Source: Vulcanimicrobiota bacterium (GTDB lineage Bacteria; Vulcanimicrobiota; Vulcanimicrobiia; Vulcanimicrobiales; Vulcanimicrobiaceae). Taken from it: DNA of 64,000 nucleotides. Positions 1 through 8,844 of this stretch are shown one piece after another. The notes under the pieces are model-generated. The model was given only the letters and a program-made list of their open reading frames with translations, had not been told where the DNA came from and did not search any database. Within the stretch, counting starts at the first letter, position 1; each line of letters opens with the position of its first letter. Position numbers and translations under genes: made by a program. Location: positions 736,001-800,000 of the forward strand of contig OY970223.1 in assembly GCA_963714015.1 (NCBI GenBank). Reading direction: 5' to 3'.

Positions 1-1397
1 CCAGACTGCAAACGTCCGAAGGCTCCAGCGGAACCCCGGCGACTTTCATCATCCATGCGTTCGTCGGATAGTTCCCTTCGAATTCGCCCGGAAGGTCGAT
101 GCCCGTCTTGTGCCCGATGCCGAATTGATCGGCGAAGTAGCGCAGGCGCTCGTTGCGCAGCCGCCAGCCCATTTGATAGAAATAGCCGTCCGAAGAGGCG
201 GCGAGCGCGTGGACGAATTGCGTGTTGCCCAATCCGCCGGCCGCGATGTCTTCGAATTCCGCGCCGTAACAATCCCACGCGCCGCTGTCGTAGACCGTTT
301 CGTTCACGCGCACGACACCGGCGGTGATCGCCGCGGACCCGGTGATCATCTTGAACGTGGAGCCCGTGGGCGTGGCTGCTTGGATGGCGCGATTGAAGAG
401 CGGCTGCGAGGAATCCAGTAGATAGTAGGCGACCTTCTTGTTGTCATCCGAGGCAAAGGCGTTCGGATCGTAGTTGGGGTAGCTCGCCATCGCGCGCACT
501 TTACCGTTCCACGGATCCAGGATTACGACGGCGCCGCTGACTTTACGCTTTCCGCCGGTCCACGATCGAATGCCGTTTGCGAGTGCTTGCTCGGTAATCG
601 ACTGCAGCCGCCAGTCGATGTTCAGCACCAAACTGTCGCCCGGCACGGGTTGCTTAGCCGGCAGTTTGATGCTCGGAACGACTTGGCTTTGCGCGTCCAC
701 GACGATTCGCTGGCCGCCGGGCTGACCGCGCAAATACTTGTCGTATTCGTATTCGATGCCGTCTTTGCCGATGACGTCGTTCATCGAGTAGCCCTGCGTG
801 CGCAGCTTTGCGTATTCGTCCGGCGTGATCTGTCCGACGTAACCGAAGATTGCCGAACCCCAGCCGCCGATAGGGATAATTGCGCACGGCCTGAGCTTCT
901 ACGTCGACGCCCGGAAGGTCGTCCAGGATCTCGGAGAGGCGGCTCACCTGCGCAACCGTGAGATCGTTCGCGAGGATGACCGGACCGTATGGTTCGTATA
1001 CGCTGACTTCGTCGAAATTACGATAATTCACGCCGTGATGGTGCAGCAGGCGGTAACGTAATTTATTTGCCGGAACGCCGATCGTTTGCGCGATCGTGTT
1101 CAACTCCGCGTCGATGTCTTTGACTTCCGAGGGAATGAGCGCAACGAAGAACGACGGGCGGCTGCGCACGACCACTTTGCCCGTTCGGTCGTAGATGAGT
1201 CCGCGCGGGGCGTCGACCGGAATCAGGCGAACTTGATTTGCTTGCGCCGCCGCCCGGTATTGTTCGCCGCTGAGCAATTGAATCTGCACGAGGCGGAAGA
1301 CGAGCGCGATAATCGCGCAGACCGTAAAGAACGCGAAAAAGCCGACGCGCCACGGCGTGTACTCCCACCGCGGTTTCTTGCGCTGGTAACGCGTCAT
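1..1397 (-). CDS. mrdA: Penicillin-binding protein 2, truncated by window edge, frameshift near 865
   Basis: N-terminal TM helix then 'RLVQIQL...APRGLIYDR...RNYPY'; the other frame continues 'GYVGQI...IGKDGIE...ASYPNYDPN...GSTFK' (SxxK). Lies downstream of mreCD. Confidence 0.9.
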
Positions 1398-1963
1398 CGA
1401 TTCCGGCGCTCTTCCAGACGGCGCACGATTGTCAGGGCTGCGGCGGCAAAAACTGCGTTGAAGAGCGCTTCCCACAGAGCCTCGTGCAGATGCAGCCGCG
1501 CGTACCCCGGCGGATAGCCCTGGAGCGCCATGACGATCCAAAAGATCATCCGCCGCAGCAGCGTCGCGCAAGCCACGACGCCCGTAACGACGGGAATCGA
1601 GTCTGCGAAGAACCAGCGGGTCATTCCGCACACGGCCAGAGCAGTTAGGGTCGTCGAAATCGTCCAGCCGGCACCCGTTTGGGCACTTAGAGCGTCTTCG
1701 CACAAGCCCGCAAGCAATCCAAAGATCGCCGCGCTGCGAATGTCGCTGTGCAGCGCGTACCACACGACGACGATCAGAACGACGCTCAGTTCGGCGCCGC
1801 GCATCTTGAAGTACGGCAGCACTTCGACCTGCGCGAGCAACGCTGCAACGAGGAAGAGCGCGGCGGCCCACCATACCGGCGCAGCGATCGGCGTCTCGGA
1901 CGGCGGCCCGGTGCGCGTATTGATGCGTACGCCGGTAGGTTCGTTACTTCGGAAGGACGACAA
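1394..1963 (-). CDS. mreD: Rod shape-determining protein MreD (start uncertain)
   Basis: Hydrophobic multi-TM ORF with 'FGLLAGLCEDAL', between mreC and mrdA. Confidence 0.8.
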   Translation of the reverse strand: MSSFRSNEPTGVRINTRTGPPSETPIAAPVWWAAALFLVAALLAQVEVLPYFKMRGAELSVVLIVVVWYALHSDIRSAAIFGLLAGLCEDALSAQTGAGWTISTTLTALAVCGMTRWFFADSIPVVTGVVACATLLRRMIFWIVMALQGYPPGYARLHLHEALWEALFNAVFAAAALTIVRRLEERRNR

Positions 1964-2714
1964 CGCGATCGAGGCGGGAAAAGTCCACCGCCGGTTTGAG
2001 CACGGCCGTTTGATAAAGGCTGGCGTCGCTGCGTTCGATTGCCGTGACCGTTCCGATCAGCGCTCCGGAATGGAACGATCGCGCTTCGCCGGTGACGACC
2101 CGGTAACCGATGCGCAACGGCGCATCTTGCGAAACGTAATCCAGGCGGATGCTCGTCTGATTGCCCTTGGCCACCCCCCAATAGCGTCCGCGCTGGACGA
2201 TCGCGGGAATGGTCGTGGTGAAGTCCGTTACGAGGGCGACCTTCGCGGTGAACGGACCCGCCTCGACGACGCGCCCGACCACGCCGCCCGCGGCCAGCAC
2301 GCCGTCGTCGCGGGTGACGCCCGAGCGTGTGCCTTTGTCGATAGTGACGCTTTGAACATCGCCCTCCGGCGGAAAGCCGATGACGCGCGCCTCAATCGAC
2401 CGCGGATATTCGGCAAGCTGCGGCGCGATTGCCCCATCCTGCTGGTAGGCCGCAACCAGCTCGTGCAGGCGCGCATTCTCTTGCTCCAGCTGCAGATTAC
2501 GGGACCACAATGCGGCGTTGGATCTTTTAAGCGAGGGGAGGCTCGCAAGCCCTTGAACGCCGCCGCGCACCGCGTCAACGGCGATCGAGAGCGCTTCTTC
2601 GACTCCCAAGCCGGCGGTCGTCACGGCCGAGGAGACGGGGCTCGAGGTGCCCGACCTGGCGGCGCTGACCTGCATCAAGGCAACGAGCGCCGTAACGATG
2701 ATCACTGCGATCAC
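1944..2714 (-). CDS. mreC: Rod shape-determining protein MreC
   Basis: TM helix, coiled coil 'LEQENARL', 'TIDKGTRSGV', 'GVVGRV', C-terminal 'KPAVDFSRLDRVVV'. Confidence 0.9.
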   Translation of the reverse strand: MIAVIIVTALVALMQVSAARSGTSSPVSSAVTTAGLGVEEALSIAVDAVRGGVQGLASLPSLKRSNAALWSRNLQLEQENARLHELVAAYQQDGAIAPQLAEYPRSIEARVIGFPPEGDVQSVTIDKGTRSGVTRDDGVLAAGGVVGRVVEAGPFTAKVALVTDFTTTIPAIVQRGRYWGVAKGNQTSIRLDYVSQDAPLRIGYRVVTGEARSFHSGALIGTVTAIERSDASLYQTAVLKPAVDFSRLDRVVVLPK

Positions 2715-2765
2715 CGCGAAAAGTCGCCGTTCGTCCCGGTACGTGAAAATAGTTCTTGCCGTCGA

Positions 2766-3384
2766 TTAGTACGAGTTGCCGTCGTACTTCGTTATCGGCA
2801 ATGAAAATCCCAACCGGCGGAGCGTCCGGACAAACCGGGAGAGCGGGAAGCCCATAATCGTGTAAAAGTCGCCGTCCACGCGCTCGACGAGCGTGGCTCC
2901 GTAGCCCTGAATTCCGTAGGCGCCGGCTTTGTCCATCGGTTCGCCGCTTTGCACGTATGCATCGATCTCCGCTTGCTCCAATTCGTAAAACGTGACCGAC
3001 GTCGTCTCACAGTGCTCGATGAATCTCTCGCGTGTCCGGCAGCGCGAGCGCAAACGCCGTATGCACCAAATGCGAGCGTCCGGAGAGATCGTGCAGCATG
3101 CGGGCCGCGTCTTGCGCATCGGCCGGCTTATTATAAGCCGTGCCGTCTACGTCGACGACCGTATCCGCCGCAACGACGATCTCCCGGCCGGCGAGCCGGC
3201 CGCGCACGTCCCGGCATTTATGCACTGCGTGCAGCATGGCGAGTTGCTTCGGAGTGAGATCGGGATGCTCCGGCTCGGCGTACGCACTTACTGCGACGCG
3301 CACGTCCAGGTGCAGAGACCGAAGCAGCTCCAAGCGGCGCGGCGACGCGGACGCGAGCACGATGTTATTGATAGCGACGCCCAT
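2766..3384 (-). CDS. maf: Maf family nucleoside triphosphate pyrophosphatase, frameshift near 3010
   Basis: '[12 protein letters not shown]', 'AADTVV', '[13 protein letters not shown]' split over two frames. Confidence 0.9.
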
Positions 3385-3775
3385 CGGCCTCGATATATCC
3401 GGCGAGATGACGTCCCGCCGGATCGTGATGCGTCCAATGAATGACGAGATCGTCGCATTCCAGCTGCCCCAGCAGCGAAATGCGCTCGCCGCGGTGCAGC
3501 GGGATTACGCCGCCGATCGACGCGTTGTCTTCGACCAGTATCGTTTGGCCTTGGGCACTAAACGTGAAACCTTCGTGCGCTCCGCTTTGCGACTCGCGAA
3601 CTCCCAAAACGCTGCGCACGACCGCTGACGGTACGTAGACCTCAACGTGACGGGCCGCACTCGGATTGCCGGCACAGTACGTTATCCCGCTTGACAGCGT
3701 CGTCGATCCGTTACCGCAGCCTGCGATTGCGAAGAGCGACAACGCAGCGGCCGCACTACCTTTGAACTTCGACAC
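3365..3775 (-). CDS. DUF3465-like lipoprotein
   Basis: Lipobox 'IAGC'; C-terminal 'IHWTHHDPAGRHLAGYIE' resembles DUF3465. Confidence 0.6.
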   Translation of the reverse strand: MSKFKGSAAAALSLFAIAGCGNGSTTLSSGITYCAGNPSAARHVEVYVPSAVVRSVLGVRESQSGAHEGFTFSAQGQTILVEDNASIGGVIPLHRGERISLLGQLECDDLVIHWTHHDPAGRHLAGYIEADGRRYQ

Positions 3776-4367
3776 CGTACAGACGCTGAGCGGCGATGTA
3801 ATTCCAAACGGGATCGGGCACCAGATAGCGCACGGACTTGCCTTGCGCGAGCAGCGTCCGCACGAGCGTTGCGCTCTCCGGCATCTCAGGCAGATTCAGT
3901 GTCTTTACTCGCGTCCGCAACGCGGGCGGAACCGCCGCCAGAACGCGCGCGACTGCTTCCGCGCTGATACCCGCGCGAGGCGCGATGACGAAGGATTCCA
4001 ACGATTCCAGAACTTGCTCGAATCGGACCCAAGCGTTGCTTGCCAGCGAATCGGCGCCGGTGATGAACGTCAGCGTGGAACCGGGATATCGCGCGTGAAG
4101 TTTCGGCAGCAAATCGGCGGTAAAACCGCTGGACTGGGGACGCAGGTCCGTATCGTCGATTCCGAAGTGCGCGTTGGAATCGATTGCGCCCAGAATCATC
4201 GCGCAGCGATGTTCGGGCAAGGCTTCCGGTTTGCTGCGATAATGCACGTTGTTGGTCGGAACGAACAGTACGCGGTCCAGTCCCTCCATCAGACGAGCCG
4301 ATTCGGCCACGAAGAGATGCACGTTATGAATCGGATCGAACGTGCCGCCGAAAATACCTAGCCGCAT
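3756..4367 (-). CDS. nadD: Nicotinate-nucleotide adenylyltransferase
   Basis: 'GIFGGTFDPIHNVH', 'FITGADS', 'SATLVR...YLVPDPV'. Confidence 0.93.
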   Translation of the reverse strand: MRLGIFGGTFDPIHNVHLFVAESARLMEGLDRVLFVPTNNVHYRSKPEALPEHRCAMILGAIDSNAHFGIDDTDLRPQSSGFTADLLPKLHARYPGSTLTFITGADSLASNAWVRFEQVLESLESFVIAPRAGISAEAVARVLAAVPPALRTRVKTLNLPEMPESATLVRTLLAQGKSVRYLVPDPVWNYIAAQRLYGVEVQR

Positions 4368-4378
4368 GCGATCACCGG

Positions 4379-5641
4379 TTAACTATACTCAAATTCATAA
4401 GGACCGATGCGCACCGTGTCGCCTTCGCGTGCGCCCATTTCGCGCAGTTTCTTATCGACGCCCATCTTTGCCAGAATCTGCTCGAAACGCGCAAGTCCTT
4501 CATCGGAGTCGAAATTCGTCATCGCGGCCAAACGTTCGACGCGTTCGCCGGCGATCACGAATGCTTCGTCCTGCTTGCTGATCGTGAACGGTTCGCTGGG
4601 GCGCAGATGGATCCGAGCGGGTTCGGCCGCGGCGATCTCGGGAACCGGCGTTTCTTGGATCGTGCGCCAAGCGGCATAGACGAGATCCTGAACTCCCTCG
4701 CCCGTTGCCGAACTGATGCCGCGAAGTTCAGGGAACTCTTCGCGCAATTCGTTCAATCGATCGCGCGCTTGCGGAAGATCCAATTTCGAAACGGCGAGCA
4801 TCACCGGCTTGCGCGTGAGCTCCTCGTTCCATGCAGCCAGCTCGTTCTCGATGATCGCCTTGTCGTGGAGAATCTCGGTGGTGCTCTTAGCGCCGTCGAG
4901 CAGGTGAATCAGCACGCGCGTTCGCTCCACGTGGCGCAGAAATTGATCGCCGAGGCCGGCCCCAAGGTGAGCGCCTTCGATGAGCCCGGGGACGTCGACC
5001 ATCACGAACGACTCCTCCTCGGAGACGCGTACAACGCCAAGCTGCGGCTCGAGCGTCGTGAACGGATAGTCGGCAATTTTGGGACGTGCGGCCGAAACGA
5101 CGGAGAGCAGCGTCGATTTGCCTGCATTCGGCAAGCCGATGATGCCGCAGTCGGCAAGCAGCCGCAACTCCAAGCGCAGTGACGCGCGCTCGCCCGGCTC
5201 TCCTTTTTCCGCGAACCGCGGCGCTTGCCGCGTGCTCGTCGCAAAATGCTGATTGCCCAGGCCGCCCCGGCCGCCTTTGGCGACCAAGAGGCGCTCGCCG
5301 GCCGTGCGCAGGTCGGAGAGAAAGGCCTCGGGCTGATCCTCGAGCGTGCGGTACACCAGTGTTCCCACGGGCACAAAGACGATCAGGTCTTCACCGCTGC
5401 GTCCCGACTTGTTCGACGTACCGCCGGCTTTGCCGGGCGGCGCCGCGAATTGGCGTTTGTAGCGAAACTCGACGAGCGTCGAGAGCTCGGGCGATGCCTC
5501 GAGATAGACGGAACCGCCGTGGCCGCCGTCGCCCCCCGCCGGGCCGCCCTTGGGAATGTACTTTTCGCGGCGCCATGCGACGATGCCGTCGCCACCGTTG
5601 CCGGCTGCGATCGTAATGGTTGCTTCGTCTATGAATTGCAC
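4379..5641 (-). CDS. obgE: GTPase ObgE/CgtA
   Basis: GTG start 'FIDEA', Gly-rich Obg fold, 'GLPNAGKSTL', 'YPFTT', 'DVPGLIEGA', C-terminal 'GAREGDTVRIG' domain. Confidence 0.97.
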   Translation of the reverse strand: MQFIDEATITIAAGNGGDGIVAWRREKYIPKGGPAGGDGGHGGSVYLEASPELSTLVEFRYKRQFAAPPGKAGGTSNKSGRSGEDLIVFVPVGTLVYRTLEDQPEAFLSDLRTAGERLLVAKGGRGGLGNQHFATSTRQAPRFAEKGEPGERASLRLELRLLADCGIIGLPNAGKSTLLSVVSAARPKIADYPFTTLEPQLGVVRVSEEESFVMVDVPGLIEGAHLGAGLGDQFLRHVERTRVLIHLLDGAKSTTEILHDKAIIENELAAWNEELTRKPVMLAVSKLDLPQARDRLNELREEFPELRGISSATGEGVQDLVYAAWRTIQETPVPEIAAAEPARIHLRPSEPFTISKQDEAFVIAGERVERLAAMTNFDSDEGLARFEQILAKMGVDKKLREMGAREGDTVRIGPYEFEYS

Positions 5642-5659
5642 GCCGGAGTTCTTTTCCTT

Positions 5660-5690
5660 GAAAATGCAAAGAGGACCCTGAGGTCCTCTT
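5660..5690 (-). terminator. Hairpin, probable leaky intrinsic terminator between rpmA and obgE
   Basis: Perfect 9-bp stem AAGAGGACC/GGTCCTCTT (5669-5677/5682-5690), 4-nt loop, followed on the minus strand by TGCATTTTC. Confidence 0.55.
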
Positions 5691-5711
5691 CTAAATCCGG
5701 CCGGCGCGCTC

Positions 5712-5993
5712 TTAGGCAGCCGACGCGCGAACGTGCACGTGCTTGCGGTTGCGGTGCGTCGCGAACTCAACGGTTCCGTCGCTCAGTGCAAAGAGCGTAT
5801 GATCTTTGCCGATCCCGACGTTCTGGCCGGGATAAAACCGCGTACCGCGCTGACGAATGAGGATATTGCCCGCCAGAACGCTCTGGCCGCCGAACTTCTT
5901 GACGCCCAGGCGCTGGGCGTTCGAATCACGGCCGTTACGCGTGGAACCGGCGCCCTTCTTGGACGCAAAGAGCTGAAGATCAAAACGGAACAT
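5712..5993 (-). CDS. rpmA: 50S ribosomal protein L27 with N-terminal extension
   Basis: '[23 protein letters not shown]...RQRGT...GKDHTLFA'. Confidence 0.98.
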   Translation of the reverse strand: MFRFDLQLFASKKGAGSTRNGRDSNAQRLGVKKFGGQSVLAGNILIRQRGTRFYPGQNVGIGKDHTLFALSDGTVEFATHRNRKHVHVRASAA

Positions 5994-6027
5994 AGCCGCA
6001 ATACCATACCAGAGGGCCGCCCGTGCG

Positions 6028-6783
6028 TCAAATTCGACCGGCGGTGCCGGAGGCGATGCCGGCCCGGCGCAGCGCCTGCGTGAATTGGCTCAGATCCCAA
6101 TCTCCGCGGACCCGGACTCGGGTGAGTTCTCGCATGTCTCCGGCATGGATGACGTATCGGCGATCCGTGGTGACCGCCATGGGAACGCCGGCCTTCTCCA
6201 CCAGATACAGCGTCTCCAGATTGAAGCGGCCGGAAGGGTAGGCGTAGGAATCGACCGGCACCTTCAGGCGCGAGCGAAGCAACGCCACGGAATCGTCGAT
6301 TTGGGCCGCCTGCATCGCGCCGGGCATCTGCGAAAGGTCGTCATGATCCATGCCGTGGGCTGCGATGTCCATGCCGCCGGAAGCCATCGCGCGCAGCTGA
6401 GGCCAAGTGAGGTGCAGGGGGCGCCCGATCGTATGTCCGACGATATAGAAGGTCGCGCTTGCTCCGTTTTTGCGAAGGATAGGGAGCGCATAGCGATACT
6501 GGTCCCGATAGCCGTCGTCGAACGTCACGACGACCGTGCGGCCGGTCTCGCGCCCTGCGAGGAGGCGCCGGTACAGTTGCTCCATGCTGATAACGGAAAG
6601 CCCCAGCGAACGCAGGTACGCGATTTGCTGCTCGAAAGCGCGCGGCGAGACCGTGAGGGTGCGTCCGACCGCATCGCCCGGACGGTCCACGTCGACGCGG
6701 TGATACATCAGAATTGGGGGCGGAGCAAACGCCCCCGGGAGGGGCTTTGCGAGCAGCGCGGCCAGCACTGTTGCGTGCAGCAT
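6028..6783 (-). CDS. Polysaccharide deacetylase (CE4/NodB family)
   Basis: 'PILMYHRV', 'VTFDDGY', 'HGMDHDDL', 'YAYPSG'. Confidence 0.9.
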   Translation of the reverse strand: MLHATVLAALLAKPLPGAFAPPPILMYHRVDVDRPGDAVGRTLTVSPRAFEQQIAYLRSLGLSVISMEQLYRRLLAGRETGRTVVVTFDDGYRDQYRYALPILRKNGASATFYIVGHTIGRPLHLTWPQLRAMASGGMDIAAHGMDHDDLSQMPGAMQAAQIDDSVALLRSRLKVPVDSYAYPSGRFNLETLYLVEKAGVPMAVTTDRRYVIHAGDMRELTRVRVRGDWDLSQFTQALRRAGIASGTAGRI

Positions 6784-6839
6784 CGCCTCAAGTGTTCGCA
6801 AGAGGGACCCGAGGGGACCCGCCGTAACCAAGGGACGTT

Positions 6840-8084
6840 TTGAACAAGCGACGTGTCGTCGTCACCGGGCTGGGAGCGGTGACGCCCTTGGGAAATACCA
6901 AGGACGAATTCTGGCGCCGGCTCATCTCCGGCGAGAGCGGAGTCGGGCCGATCACCACCTTCGACAGCAGTGACTTCGCCACTCGGTTCGCCGCGGAGGT
7001 GAAGGACTTCGACGCTGAGGCGTTGCTCGGCAAGCGCGAATCCCGCCGTATGGACCGCTACTCGCATTTGGCGCTGGCTGCAGCCAAGGAAGCGATCGAG
7101 GATGCGAACTTGCCTCTTGACGAGCCGGGATTGCTGGAAACCTCCGGCGCGATCATCGCGACTGGCATCGGCGGCATCTTGACCTTCTGGAGCAGTGCCG
7201 AAAAAGCCAAGCGCGACGGCACTTGGTCGAAAGTCACGCCGTTCTTCATTCCGATGCTGATGGCCAATGCGGCCTCGGCGCAGATCTCGATGCAGTTCGG
7301 TTTTCGGGGACCGCTGTTCGCTGTTTCGAGCGCGTGCGCGAGCGGAAACGACGCCATCGTCACGGCGTACAAATATGTCGCTGATGGAGAGGCGCCCCTG
7401 ATGATCGCGGGCGGAAGCGAGGCAACGATTTCGCCGCTGGCCGTCGGCGGGTTCTGCTCGATGAAAGCGCTGTCGACGCGCAACGACGATCCGCAGCGCG
7501 CGAGCCGCCCTTTCGACAAGGAACGCGACGGTTTCGTGCTGGGCGAGGGCGCAGGTATTTTAATACTCGAGGACTACGAACATGCCAAGGCGCGCGGCGC
7601 GCACGTCTATTGCGAGATGTACGGCTACGGTCAGTCTGCCGACGCCTATAATCTGGTCGCGCCGGATCCGGAGAGCAAAGGCGTGGAGCTCGCGCTGCAG
7701 CGCGCAATCAAGCACGCGAACGTGAAGCCCTCCGAAATCCATTACATCAACGCCCACGGAACCTCGACGCCGCAAGGCGACGTGGCCGAGTCACAGGCAA
7801 TCGAACGCATTTTCGGCGCGGGCACGAGCGTTGCCGTGAGCTCGACCAAGTCGATGCACGGCCACGCCCTGGGTGCCGCCGGCGGCATTGAAGGCGTAGC
7901 GACCGTGCTTGCGGTCGAGACCGACACGATGCCGCCCACGATCAACTACGAAGTGCCCGATCCGGACTGCATGCTGGACTACGTCCCCAACGTCGCGCGA
8001 AAGGCACCCGTCGACGTCGCGCTTTCGAACTCGTTTGGATTCGGCGGCCACAATAGCGTCCTGGTCTTCGGCAAAGTACGATAA
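6840..8084 (+). CDS. fabF: Beta-ketoacyl-ACP synthase II
   Basis: 'RVVVTGLG', 'SACASG', 'INAHGTST', 'KSMHGHALGAAG', 'SNSFGFGGHN'. Confidence 0.97.
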   Translation: MNKRRVVVTGLGAVTPLGNTKDEFWRRLISGESGVGPITTFDSSDFATRFAAEVKDFDAEALLGKRESRRMDRYSHLALAAAKEAIEDANLPLDEPGLLETSGAIIATGIGGILTFWSSAEKAKRDGTWSKVTPFFIPMLMANAASAQISMQFGFRGPLFAVSSACASGNDAIVTAYKYVADGEAPLMIAGGSEATISPLAVGGFCSMKALSTRNDDPQRASRPFDKERDGFVLGEGAGILILEDYEHAKARGAHVYCEMYGYGQSADAYNLVAPDPESKGVELALQRAIKHANVKPSEIHYINAHGTSTPQGDVAESQAIERIFGAGTSVAVSSTKSMHGHALGAAGGIEGVATVLAVETDTMPPTINYEVPDPDCMLDYVPNVARKAPVDVALSNSFGFGGHNSVLVFGKVR

Positions 8085-8087
8085 ATC

Positions 8088-8786
8088 GTGGCCGGCGAGA
8101 ACCGTCGGCGCCGTTTGCGCGCCCTGCTCGATCGCGCCGGAGTTTCCGGCGGCGCGTTGGAGCGTATCGATGCTGCGTTCATACACGAAAGCGCCGCCAA
8201 AGAAGAGCTGCTCGACTCGAACGAGCGGCTGGAGTTCTTGGGCGACGCCGTCCTGGGGCTGGTCGTAGCCGGCTGGCTCTATAAGATGTATGCGGACGAT
8301 CGCGAGGGCGCGCTCGCAAAACGGAAAGCGGCAATGGTCGCCGATGCAGCGATTGCAAAGACCGCCAAGTCGCTTGGCTTTGCCGAGATGCTGCGGGTCG
8401 GAGCGGGCGAACGCGCGCACGGCGGCGCGCAGCGGAGTTCGATTCTGGCCGATGCATTCGAAGCTTTCGTTGCGACGCTCTATCTGGAGCACGGATTCGA
8501 GGTTGCCCAGCGGTTTATCGTCGACGAGCACATCGCCACGTTCGATCACGAACTCGCCGCAATGGCCGATGCCAAGACGCGATTGCAGGAGCTCACCCAG
8601 GCGCACCTCGCCTGCACGCCGGTCTATTCCGAGAAGGCCGAGGGACCCGCGCACGAACGCGTGTTCACTTCGCAGGTCAGCGTCAATGAGGAGACCCTCG
8701 GAACGGGCACCGGCCCGTCGAAGAAGGCGGCTCAACAGAACGCCGCTGCCCAAGCGCTTAGGATCTTACAGGCACGACTTCAATGA
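8088..8786 (+). CDS. rnc: Ribonuclease III
   Basis: 'NERLEFLGDAVL' signature plus C-terminal dsRBD 'KTRLQE...SKKAAQQNAA'. Confidence 0.96.
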   Translation: MAGENRRRRLRALLDRAGVSGGALERIDAAFIHESAAKEELLDSNERLEFLGDAVLGLVVAGWLYKMYADDREGALAKRKAAMVADAAIAKTAKSLGFAEMLRVGAGERAHGGAQRSSILADAFEAFVATLYLEHGFEVAQRFIVDEHIATFDHELAAMADAKTRLQELTQAHLACTPVYSEKAEGPAHERVFTSQVSVNEETLGTGTGPSKKAAQQNAAAQALRILQARLQ

Positions 8787-8844
8787 ACTTTATGGAATCT
8801 CACCGGCGCTACGATGACCGGCCCGAAGCGGAGTCCCTTTCAAA

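Noticed and set aside
6802..6820. Short direct repeat GAGGGACCC/GAGGGGACCC in the divergent deacetylase-fabF gap
   Set aside because: It could be an operator, but it is short, GC-rich and has no second instance in the window to support it.
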